Of a DNA stretch of 64,000 nucleotides, positions 22,187 to 34,647 are shown one piece after another. Below the pieces are notes generated by a model. The model was not told the DNA's origin. It saw only the letters and a list, made by a program, of their open reading frames with translations, and searched no databases. Position 1 is the first letter of the stretch; each line of letters starts with the position of its first letter. Both the position numbers and the translations under genes were made by a program. The DNA is from Azolla caroliniana. Its lineage: Eukaryota > Plantae > Polypodiophyta. The stretch lies in contig JBHGNT010000021.1 of the NCBI GenBank assembly GCA_043228905.1, forward strand, positions 3,410,001-3,474,000, written 5' to 3'.

Positions 22187-25100
22187 TTATTGAAGGCAGT
22201 AAATATATGGTGGTCATAAAACTCAGGCAAGGTATGATGCAGTCATGCCAGTATCTCGTTGAATGGAACAAGTAACATTTACAAAATGAGATGAAAATGG
22301 GAAAAACAACGTTGAAATGTGTATAGAGAAAGAGTTACATGTCACCTCGGGTTTGCCTTACCAAACGGAGACTTGCCTTTTTGCTTTCACAATAGAGAGT
22401 AGGGTAGCGTTGCAACCAGGTGGTGGATTTGTGAGGGTTTTATATATAATAGTACTTATTCTAAACCCTTGATTTTGCTATGTGAGAACAAGATCTTTGC
22501 GCATTAGAAGAGAATATTATACAAAATCTCTGCAAAGAAAACAAATTTCATCTTACATGGGCTGCAATAGCGTGAGTATACAGTTTTGGGCTCTAAATGC
22601 ATCAATATTCAGTGAGGCAATAGTGTCAACATATGCCATATGACGAGCCATTGGTGTCTTATCAATTTCACCATGAGAAATTCTATTCAACAAGCAAAAC
22701 AATCCAGAACTATTTCAAGATGAATGAAAGTACAAGTCTTGTATGCCTCAAGTGTGTTATTTGCATTAGATCTGTGTCAACCCTGTGACTAATCTAATCT
22801 TGATGCAATTAATTACTTCCTACATAGTAACAACTCTTTGTTCATATTCATTTTCATTTGGTGATGAACACACTATTGAGCCCACCTAATGTCATTTATC
22901 CTCATCTTGAAATTATATGTAGCTCTATACCATCTTCATTACTTGGCAAACCTATACGTGTATGGATAGTTGTATGTTAAGACTCATTGAGAGGGTCTTC
23001 ACCACTTCATTGCATCCAAATAAAAAATCCTGACCTTGTGTACGAAAATAGAGAGATTAAAACTAATATGTTGAAACATAGTTACATGCAAACTAAATGA
23101 GGCTATTGTTTCTATAAATGATGCTGGTTAAATTTTCATTTATGGATGATGTGTTGTACATAATTTGAATTCTTTTTCAAATGTAATTTGCAAACATCGG
23201 TAAAGCGGAATAAAAGGTGACAATGGACAAGAATTAAACCATCTCCAATGTGTTTAGAGATTCCTATCAAAGAAATCCCAAAGCAACTATTAAAGTATAT
23301 GAATATAGGAATAAGATGTTGGGGCTTGTAGTTGAGTCAAAACGAATTTGCTCTTTTAGGGATTTCTTTTCTTTGTTCTTGTTCCTTTTGGTGATTGATT
23401 TAGTTGCCCCAAAAGTTGGCAAGGTGGTTTTCAGGAATTCTTGGTGCACCAAATGGCCATGTCCACAAGTTTATAGAGAGAAGTAATTGAGAATCAATCT
23501 TTAGTCCACATTTCAATATCAAAGAAGCTGTGTAGTCCTAGTCATTTAATTTTGGGGGGATAGTTCTTTGTGTTAGCTTGAGGGGCAATAATTGCAACAG
23601 GTTGGACATCCACTAGATACATGTAGGCATGTACTTACACCCACTAAACTACTTGTAGGATGTTAGGTTAATATACCAAAAGACAGACAAAGTGCAATAA
23701 CTAAAATGGGTCGGACATCCACTAAAATACATGTATGCGTGGTTAGTGAAAGCAAGTTGTCTACATGGGGTGTATTTTATGAAAACAAACAAGTGAATTT
23801 GTTGGTTGTGGTCAAATTGCTACAAGTGAAACATGGATATGTTGTTGGAGAGGGTACTATTGTGTGGAGGAAACAAGAATGAAGATGCTACCCATGGTCT
23901 ATGACCATAGTTGAGTTAATGATTTAGTAAAAGAAAGCAATAAAAGTGTTGATCATCACTCGTAGTTAGTTTTAATACTAGACATGAACTAAGTCTTTGC
24001 TCTTGCTAGGGTATAGAATAGAGGGAATACAATAGATTTAAGAAGTAAGCAACTAAGTGGTAGAAAATGATTTTGTCATTTGTCTATTTTTAATATCAAT
24101 GGTGATATAATGTAGGATTTTCAAGTGGTTAAAGGGTCAATACAAGGTTTCTAGATTATACAATGCCTTATATTGTTGATTCTTTGGGGGGGAGGTAGGA
24201 ATTGCACACATTAACATAGCTAGCATATATAGTTTTAGGGCACATTGTAGCTTGTATGATTGCGTTATCATTGGAATTATTGCCAATAATTGTAACATGA
24301 CCAGCTCTCAATGAAATAGATTCATTATCCTTTTGTGTATGTAATACTTGACTTTTGTTTATCACACGTCATGTCCACTATCTCACCAATCTATGGTTTC
24401 TCCCAATACTCACGTGGCATGCCACACTAACATCTATGTTATAAGAGCAATGATTGGGTAACTATAATTCCTTTGTTGTAGATAAGCTTTGTTTCTTCAC
24501 ATGATGGAATCTGAGAATAAATTTTGAAGTTGCACACATCATTATTCTCATTCCTATTGTTTAGTAGAATGTGCTTACATAAGACATGGTCCTAGCATCT
24601 CAATTCATTTTATCCTTTTTGAAAACAAATGTATCCTTCAAAGTATGATTTGATGATGGGATTTCATTTGATTTAGTATAAGAGGAACTACAATTCTAGC
24701 TTGTCAACCTTCAATCTTGTATTCTTGTTCATTGGAATCATGGTAAATCTAACAATGGCTTCTTAAAACATAATAAAGAGAGGCAAATAAAAGTAACATT
24801 AATGAATTAATTAACCCTCATCTTCGTTGCAACAAGAGTGACGCCACACACACAAACATGGAGGCTTGTGCCTATGATAGCTAGTGAAGAAGAGATCTTC
24901 ATGCATAGTGCCTTCATTCTTACGATCACTATTAAGGTCTATCATATTATAATGCATTTTTCATTTAAGCCCAAGTATTTGAGTATTTAATCCTAAACTT
25001 AGTCTTCCCCTTAAAATAGATGAAAGCTTAAGAATGCATTAAGAGGCATAAACATATTTAATTCTCTCCCTGAAGTGGACAAAACTTAACATTTGGACGA

Positions 25101-26227
25101 ATACATCTTAATGCTATGTAAGGGAGTTTTTTGTGTATTGTCTTTGCCGTTTTTTTTCCGTTTGTTTGGTTGTAATTTAAAGTAGTACCCAACGGATGCT
25201 TATATGATGTCAAAATTTGTGGAGAAAAAGTAATCTTATGAAAAGTGGGTTCTTTTTCCTATAATAACATTGAGAGTATGCCACGCAGACTCCATTGATC
25301 TACGAAAGAACATGATTGTTCTTCACACATGGCAAACTTTGAAGGGAGAGATTTTAACCTTTAAAAGTTAGACATCCATAACATATGTTGGGTAATTAGT
25401 ATAGGCAAGAAGGTCATGCACTCAACCGTCACATTATGGAGCATCGTTTAATAACTTGTTGAAGTATGTAGTAAGATTTGAACCACAATGCATATATTTA
25501 AACAACACAACTTACCATTTTGGTACAACCCAAAGAAAAAGGGAGAGATGAGCATTAAATGCTTTGCCATTGCATGCCACCCACAATTCTACAAAACTAG
25601 TTAGTTTCCCACATGAATTCATACAAAAACAAACAATTTGAATCACATCAACCTTGCTTTAGTGCCAATTGAAGTCAAATGAGATTACCTTTGGAGTTTG
25701 TCAAGTCAAACCGAGGTCATATGACCATTAATTTTGCAAGCCTCATGAAAACTACCTTATGTGCTTATCAAATCACATGAGCATTAGTTTTGATGCTTCT
25801 CAAATCATGTCAAGATTGTCTATTAAGTTAACGTTGGTTGTTTGTCCAAATGAATCAAAATGTTTTTTATATTAATACTTTTGAGTATAGCAATGGCCCT
25901 TTCCATGGAAATGCGCACAACACTTCATTCTCTCGTAAAGGCACATAGTATCCATTCATACTTGAATTTTTTTAAAACAAGAACAACCTTTTTTTGTTCT
26001 TAGTAGCAATGGATTTTTTCTTAGTTTCAATGAACTCCACTACTATTGCGACATCGGTTTTGTTTTGCTTTTTAATTAAAAAGTGGAATCCTCGAATCCT
26101 AAAAAGCACAATTATGTTTTATGCAACGATCTTTAAAGTTCAATTTTGTTTTTTTCTTTGTTGGTTGCGAATATTAATTCATAATTATCTTTAATTATGA
26201 ATCTAATCATACTTTTCAATTGTTTTG

Positions 26228-26230
<3 letters not shown>

Positions 26231-26275
<45 letters not shown>
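26231..26275. repeat. (CT)n microsatellite
   Basis: Perfect CT dinucleotide run. Confidence 0.95.
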
Positions 26276-26281
<6 letters not shown>

Positions 26282-27137
26282 TAATGGAATCTCCACCAAC
26301 AAACAAATGGCGGGCATAAACAAACAAGTGCCGATTTTGGGATTGTCTACAGTTCATTGACATGAATATGCATTGTGAGTTTTTGGTATTATATTTGTAA
26401 GACTAAGTGGTGTGACCTTCAACCGATAAGGTGGTTATTTAATTTAGTTAAACCATAGACAAATTGTTTATAAAATGCAACTCTTCGACCACAACGAACC
26501 ATTGGCATATATGGTCCCGTCACCTTGATGCCATCTATGAAATAAAACTTTATGCTTTTTGGCCACACCAAAACAAAGTCTATCTAATGGTGTGTCATAA
26601 TACAATTAACTATTAGTTAAGAAAAACCACAACTCTTTGAAGAGTCATAACCATTCATATCAGGAAAGGGCGTTTGAAGAGTCATAACCATTTATATGAA
26701 GGTGTAAAAATCCCACAACAAGCATTTATCAATTTAGTCATAACCATGATTAGTTCAAACTTCTTAGGCAATCATTTATTAGGCTTGAGGTTAATGTTCT
26801 AAAATTAACTTCTAGAGAACTTCACGCATTTTGTTTTTTCTTTCTATGATTGTTAGAGAATGTTTTCTTAGAAGATTGAATGTGAAGATGAGGGAACTAA
26901 TGATAGTAACATGAGGGCAAAATCTAGGTCAGTATCTCTCTCTTGCTGTGGCAACATAGTCTTGCATCAAGGTCTCATTAGTGTGGATGAGGTGCACAAA
27001 CTATGTATAATTTGTGAGGCCTTTACATAAAGCTTCTTGAGAGCGTTATTTCATATAAAAAGAAATGTACATTTAATGTGCTAATATATGTTGACTATAT
27101 ACACAATTCTTTATTATTGTCCATATCTTCACACTAA

Positions 27138-27560
27138 GTGCAAGTTGCAACTATAGAGGAAGCTCAAGCAAGAAAGAAAAATATATTTTGTTGCTTTATA
27201 GATTTTCGTAAAGCATTCGACATAGTGCCATGCCAAAAACCTATAAAGTGGTTACATGCATTGGACTATAGAAGAATATGCAATGGACAATGTATGCAAT
27301 ATGAGGCTATTATAGGGAGATTACGCATATTAATAACAAATACTATATGGAGCACCATTGAAGTGAAGTAAGCATGTCCACTAATGCTCATCTTATTTGG
27401 TATTTCATAGATGAACTCTCAAAACACTTCAAATGAGTAGGGGATAAAGCTAGTGTAGTGTGAGTGATAATATCTATATTTCTCTATGTCAAGATGTTTT
27501 GTTGATATCTGACACACTAGAGGGATTGCACCTAGATTCTCTCCATGACGTTTGAAAGGA
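27138..27560 (+). mobile_element. Degenerate non-LTR retrotransposon RT fragment (RTE-like), distinct from the other LINEs in the window
   Basis: FCCFIDFRKAFDIVP, then EVK*ACPLMLILFGI as a decayed GVKQGCPLSPxLFG. Many stops and indels. Confidence 0.65.
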
Positions 27561-27707
27561 TAAGGATATCAAGGTGACTATTGTGAAAAGTAAAAGGACC
27601 AAGTTTAACACCTTTGTTACATGTGCCAAAACATTTGATTATTATTTTATACTTGGACTACTTGTGAATACAATTCTCTTGGTGGGGTGGTGAAGCTCAA
27701 AGGGTCA

Positions 27708-27876
27708 TGTTTCTCCCGGTGTCGCGTTGTTACGCGCGTGCGTGGAGAAAGGCGGGACCACGGGGGTCTTGGACTAGAGAGCGATGGAGCGTAGGAAGTC
27801 GTGCTTCACTGTTTCCGGGGCATCCCAGAAACACGCCGGAGGCAACTGAAGGGAGAGAGAGAGATTAACACCGATT

Positions 27877-27921
<45 letters not shown>

Positions 27922-28513
27922 CCACACACTCGTACACACAGCTCAACTCGACTCGCGCCTTATGTACAGAAAATGCAGGAGAGGGTAAGCACCCGACGCC
28001 AACAACGACGCGAATATAAACAGACAAACGTAAACGTATATGTATGTATATATATAAAGAATACATTCCCGGCTTCGAGCCAGACCAAGATAACTTACAA
28101 CCGTCGTCTGCTGTCAAGCCGCCGTCGGGGAGCTCTCGGGCTCGTCGCGCCGAGCGGGGTCTTGCACAGGAGATGAGCTGCAGCAAACCCTAAGCGAACA
28201 CAAAGGAGAAGAAGAAGAAGAAGCTAACTCTAAACCTAACGGTATACCCTCTAATGCAAAATGGGCAACCCTTTTACAAAGGGAGTTCCCTTCCTTTTAT
28301 AGAACAAGGAAAGGGAGGCATTACAATGCGGGACAAATCCCGACTTACATGGGATCGTCTGTCCCGACTTGACTACCCTTCGGCGCCATAAAGGTGCCCT
28401 CGATATTCACACTAAATGTACATGGGTGCGTACACACGCTGCACCCCGCCGATGTAGCCAATGTTTCCCGGTTTCCGCTTGTGGACGAAAATCTTCACGA
28501 CACCGGAATGACA
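27708..28513 (-). mobile_element. Probable solo LTR (~806 bp) with an internal (CA)n tract
   Basis: TG...CA ends with imperfect inverted termini (TGTTTCTCCCGGTGTCGCG vs reverse-complemented TGTCATTCCGGTGTCGTG), a sharp GC-rich island, and CTATAAAAGG on the - strand at ~28293-28302. No matching TSD. Confidence 0.55.
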
Positions 28514-28729
28514 ATTTTGACCATTATATTGATCCATATGATTCAAGAGTCAAGTTGTCTCATGGAACTCCTTATGCACATATCAACTATATTGAAACAT
28601 AGGTGTGCACCTATTGGAAGAATGTAGGGCCATCAACTTAAATTGTATTCCCTAGTATATACCCCATGTTCCACAATAAACTTAAGCTTAAGTAGAGCAC
28701 ACATGATAAATGAATAAACTATTGAATAT

Positions 28730-31700
28730 ATGCAACGAGGAACAGATTGATCAGGATACCTTTAGAAATATAATAAACAGGATACCGAAGAGAGTTACAA
28801 CTCAAATGATGAACTGACTAAATACCCCTATATGTATGCAGGAATTGTGGGATGCAATTTCAGATATGAACAAACAAAGTTGTGTAGGTATTGATGGACT
28901 CCCTATATATTTTTACATCAAATATTGGGATCTAATTAAGGATGACATGCTGGAAGGGATGCAATACATTATGGCAAAAGGTGTAATGCCTCCAACAATC
29001 TATAGAGGAATGATGTATTTAATTCCCAAGGATGGAGAAGATCTAACAATACTTGATAATTGGTGACCATTGATGATTCTCACTAATACCTATAAGATCA
29101 TGGCTAAAGTTGTACGTAGTCGATTGAAAACGGTACTAGGGGACATTATACATACAATGCAAACTGGCTTCCTAGAAAACCGGAACATTGTTGACAATGT
29201 GATAACTAATTTTCTGGGAGTATTCAGCATGGGCGGAGGAGCAAGAAGTGGACCTGGCAGTAATGTTACTTGACTTCGAAAAAGCATATGACAGGATCTC
29301 ATGGGAATTCCTAGAAGTAGTGATGGATGCCCTAGACTTCGAGCAACAATGGATCCTTGGAACGATCACCTTTTATAGGGATGCTTCTAGCCAGGTTTTA
29401 ATGGCTGGAAACTTGGGGAAGAGCTTTAGGATGACACAATCGGTACGCCAAGGATGCCCGTTGGCCCCGTACTTATTCATTATTGCATTAGAAGCTTTGC
29501 ATTATCAGATTGCTGATAGACATTGGCAAATACAAGGCCTTCCCCTACCCGAGGATGCAGGAATGATGCTTGATACAGAATATGTTGATGATACAACAAC
29601 TTACGTTAAGGGGGATGCAAACAACTTGGACAGACTGCAAAGGGCAATAAATGAGATTTGTAGGGGATCGGGTACTAAATTGGGCTCCAGACCCCAATTT
29701 CAGATGGTTGAGGAGAGGAGAAGCTACTAGATACTTTGGGTTCAAAATCGGTATGGACATTGATTGTTCAGAATACTACAATCTACTTGTAGACAAAATA
29801 AAAGTGACGTTAATATGGTGGAATGCAAGAAAACTATCCTTTGCTGGCAAGATTGTGATTGCAAATCAAGTTCTAATGGCCACGATATGGCATATTGTAG
29901 TATGTTGGATAATCGTGCCCAAGTCGATGAAAGTGATAAAAAGGCTTATCAGAAATTTCTTATAGGGGGGCACAAAGAAAAAACATGCTCGTGCAAAGGT
30001 TGCATGGACCACACTTATAAAAGATAAAAGTGAAGGTGGGGTGGGACTAATAGATCTCGTGGTGCAAACGAAGGCCTTGCTAAGCAAATTGGTGGTCAGG
30101 AGCTTGCAACCACCTCAGGCACCTTGGAAAATTCTTTGGAGACGCAGATGGAGGATGTGGTTGCCAAGATAAGGTGGAAGTTGGCCAAGTAGCACTTTTT
30201 AGGGGTTTGTGCCAGAAATGCGACCCAAATACCAGGGATTTACACAGAGTATATGTGTTGTTGGAATTATAAAGGCGTGGCAAGGAATCAGAAAGGGAAT
30301 CGTTTGTAGGTGGAGAAATGATGCATATGCTCGAATGTACATGCTTATTGTTTGGAAACCACTGATCAGAGATGTGGATGGGCTGATGATAGGACAAAAA
30401 GAAAGCTTCAAATGGGTGAACTTAATCAATGCCCAAGGGATTGCATTGGCAGATTGGAAGAGATTTTTGTCTAATGATGTAGGCACTCAAAAGGCTAGAA
30501 TATGGAGGATAAACGGGGTAAAGGCATGCTAATGAGGATTACAGATGCCATTGCCATTGCACACAGCAGGCAAACCTTGGAAGGTGAAGCTAAGTCCCTC
30601 CGAAATTGAATGGACAGGACTTATAGATGCTGAAAATGATCTAATTGGAATTAAGGGAATGAAAGCAGGATCTAATGAGGCATGCTACTACAAAATAGAG
30701 CATGGAATGGTAATATGTGAGCAACTAGCCTATCAAACTGAAAGGCCGATTAGGTTGCTTGCAAAAAATGGAAATGATATGATGGTTGACCCCAAGCCGA
30801 GTGAGATCAAACCAACGACAGTGTGTTGGCCGATAGAAGGGCATTCAAATAAGCCATCATGGGACCCAACTATGTATTTCTGGAGAACTCAAGGACAAAC
30901 TGATGGTGCCAAGTTGGTTCAATTTTTCAGGTACAACACGAAAAATTGGGAGGCAAAGTATTCTAAAACAAGAACACAAAGATATTGCAGCTTGTAAATT
31001 TTGGATACAAGAGGGCATTAGTGAAATGAGATTAGCTAAATTCTAGAAAATGATACGGCATGACATTGGTGACCGCAAGATAATGATGTGCTTATGGCTT
31101 ATTGTGCATAGAGCCTTGCCGGTAGGGGCGTGGGCTAAAGGCCTCAATGTTGACCCTAGATGTAGTGCATGTAGACAACAAGAAAGCATTTCCCATTGTT
31201 TATGGGAATGTCATGATGCAATGGATGTATGGGGAAGGGCATTACGATTGCTATACCATGCCTCAAGCTCATTTACCCTCAAATGGGGACATGATTGTAG
31301 GAACTGTCTTGATGATGATGTGGAGAAATTTGATAGCACATGCAAAGCAATGTAAAGAGGGGAGAATGGAACTATTCGATTGATCACTGATAACAGGGCA
31401 CCTACAATTAATGCCCAGAAGTAGAAAATCGGAGATCTATGGATGTTGCTTGCACCCATTATCATATGGAGCATATGAACAACGAGATGTACTAGGGTAT
31501 TTTCGGCAAACAAACGGCCTCCAACCGAATCTATTAAGCTAATATGGCACACATTAATAACTACATTGAGGGTGCAATATGAGCAGATTGATGGAACAGA
31601 TGATGCTTCAAAATTAATGAGGCTGAATTTCAGAAAACGATGGTGTACTACACCGATGGCTGCAGAAACTGTAGTGGATATACGTTGGCAGTACGTAGTA

Positions 31701-31925
31701 CCTAGATGGATGTTCCCCCCTCCCATTAGATGAAAGAGGGGCGTGAATGACATGAGAAACCAATAGAACAAACATGTGGGCTATTGAGTGTAAGATAAAT
31801 AAGTGATGTAGCCCATATGGAAGTAGGTAATGACTACCCGTTAAAGGGACTAAAGTTGTGTATTGAATGTCATTTTAACTAATGGAGTATATTCTTATTT
31901 GGAAAGAAAAAGAAAAGAAAAAGAA
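28730..31925 (+). mobile_element. 5'-truncated, degenerate L1/Tx1-type LINE (ORF2 RT to C-terminus, with A-tail)
   Basis: GIDGLP, LLDFEKAYDRISW, VRQGCPLAPYLF, EYVDD, zf-RVT CSACRQQESISHCLWEC, terminal IRWQYVVPRW, and an A-rich tail at 31903-31925. Frameshifts and stops throughout; the 5' end is approximate. Confidence 0.9.
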
Positions 31926-32242
31926 GTTACCCAAAGGGATAACTTTGGAAATAGCCAAAAGACTCAAGGCTAGGAGGTGCCCTCTCCACATGAAAATAAA
32001 AACTATCTTTGTGAAGCATTAGAGACTTGCATCAAGAACCCTCAAGTAGAATAGTATAAGAAGATAAAGGAGTTTCCTGTGACTTTTGAATGGGTTTGCA
32101 TGAACAACTTTACATTTTTCATCATTATTTAGTGTTTGTTAACTTTCATTTCTTGAACATGTGAACAAGTTGCCTGGTGCATATTGTTTTGGTCTTATAG
32201 GCCAAATTGATCTATTTAGAGATGCTAATTCACTTCTTCCAC

Positions 32243-32350
<108 letters not shown>

Positions 32351-32911
32351 ATTAACCATAGGAAACCTCAAGATGAGGTGACCCGCCCGGAGACCCGCCC
32401 GTCACAGCAAAGCAGCGGCGCAGGAGGGTTAACTCGCGCCGGTAGGCAGCGGAGCAGGAGCAGGAATCGGAGCAGGAGCCCAAGCCCGAGCCCGAGCAGG
32501 GGCCGAGAGATGCCTCTTTGTGACACAAAAGGATCACAAACACAGGAGCAGGAGCAAGAGCTGGAGCTGGAGCGCCTCTCCTCCTCACCGCTGCTGCATC
32601 ACCCTCCTCAGTTTCGTGAGGAGGCCATTCTTTAGGGTTTCCTCTCACACCTCCCCCACTGTTCGAGGAGGAGCAGGTTTTGAGGAGTGAACCCCCCCCC
32701 TCCCCCCCCTCCCCCACACACACACAGTTCGAGGAGTGAACCCAACCTTCGAGGAGTGTAATTAGAGCCCCCCCCCCCCCCCCCCTCCCCACACACACAC
32801 ACACACACAGTTCGAGGAGTGAACCCAACCTTCGAGGAGTGTAGTTAGAGGCCCCCCCCCCCCACACTGATCGAGGAGTGAACCCCCCCCGGCAAAAAAA
32901 AGAAAAAAAAG

Positions 32912-34647
32912 ATGGCACCTTCAAACATTGCCACTGTCGAACACGTTGCACCAATAGGCCCCTCGATCGATAACGGACAAAACATCTCTGATAACGGGGG
33001 TCCTGTTGAGATTATTTTCAACAACGAAGCGATGCTTCTACTTGAGAAAGAGATAGAGCTCCTTGAGCGAATTGCAGTCATATGCCGAGTGATGGGATCA
33101 CGACCAAACAGAGGGTTGTTGCGAGATATGTTGCAAGCTCAATTTAATTCACAACTCCGTGGTATAAAAGAAGTCCAGCCGCTTGGTAAAGGCTTCTATC
33201 AAATCATACTAGAAGACACGGAGTCTGCAACGAACCTCATAGCACTTTCCCCCTGCCAGGTCCGTAATACATGGTTGTTCATGCATAAATGGACACATGG
33301 TTTTAACCCAGAGAAAGCCGCACAACAGGATGACTCCATGAAAAAGGTAACAATGTTGTTTCCTGGACTATCCTTAGAATACAACATGCTACTTCCTACT
33401 ATTGGCAACTCCTTTGGGATGATGTTGGATGAGGAACTAACGCTAGCAGATAGACTAAAGAAGCACCTAGGCCCTCCCTCTATCCGCCTCTTGGTGCAGG
33501 ACATCAATAAACTTCCCTCCAAGATCCTCATTCCCGGGAAAAACGGAATGCGAATTGAACAACGCATAGAAGTGATTGGCGCACCGGGGCAATGTTTTGC
33601 ATGCAAAAAACTTGGTCATTTAAAAAAGAATTGCCCCACAAGACGTATTAAAGATCCTACAAAGGAGACTTTGGAAGGTCAGGATACCATAAGACATCAA
33701 AAGCCTCCCCCACCACGACCCGACAAGGCTGTGATGGAATGGCGAGTGGTGGAAAAAACCCATGTCCTTTGGAAAACATCACTGACACAAAATCCTCCAT
33801 CGCCTATGAGCCCCAATTGCTTTGATCTACTACAAGAGCTCCCCCCCACAGATGAGCATTCCCCTAGTTCTTTCATAAGCCCCAAGGAACGACCTAAGGT
33901 GACACCAAGCACCCAAGAGAAAGTTCTCGTTAAAGCTTACAAAACAGGGAAACGCAGACGAATAAGTTATGTAAAGACCCTAATAAGGAGCTTGAGTGGA
34001 ACGACACCCAATGCAGAAGAAGCAACCCAAGGCAGAAGTGTGAATGTCACGCCTCAAATCATAGTCGTCCCGGACACAAATGAGTGTGCTTCCTCTAGCC
34101 ACGACCTTGAACCACACCCACAAAACACCTTGAAATGGCTAGGTATAGGGCCCAAGGCAGTGGAAAAAATAAGGGTACATGTATCAGCGGTGCACAATAA
34201 CGGAGTTCCGACGACCTCAATCTCCTTTCCACTCTTGCTTTCGACTCAGGAAGATTGGTCGAAATCCAAGATTAAAGATCTATGTTATGTAACCAAGCAG
34301 CGTGCTTTGTAGCACAAATAAGAGATGAAGAGCTCATGAATGAACTAAAGCAACATTGGCATAACACTAAATTCTGGTGCACCATGGATGAAGAGGACCC
34401 CCATCTTTGCCACATCCACCTGCAGACTATAATAAACACCCAACTAACTCCAAGCTTTGTCTATTTCTATGAGAAGCATGAAGGGGCGATTGAAGCCCAC
34501 AAGATAGCCCACAAACTCCACTCATGGATGTGGACCACTATTCCATCCCTGGAAATGTCTGGATGTCTAAATGGTGAGTGCTCCCCACTCACGACCTGTT
34601 GTACAAAGCACCAGGCACAACTGGCAACCTCCCACCCCATTCCATGA
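32912..34647 (+). pseudogene. LINE ORF1 (RRM/DUF4283-like region plus CCHC knuckle) with a frameshift near 34300
   Basis: LGKGFYQI..WLFMHKW plant-L1 ORF1 signature and CFACKKLGHLKKNC. ORF 32912-34312 continues in another frame (34282-34647) up to the ORF2 start. Confidence 0.8.

Noticed and set aside
22500-26200. Decayed TE-like sequence and short repeats (e.g. GGACATCCACTA at ~23605 and ~23714)
   Set aside because: No translatable diagnostic motif or element boundaries could be established by eye.
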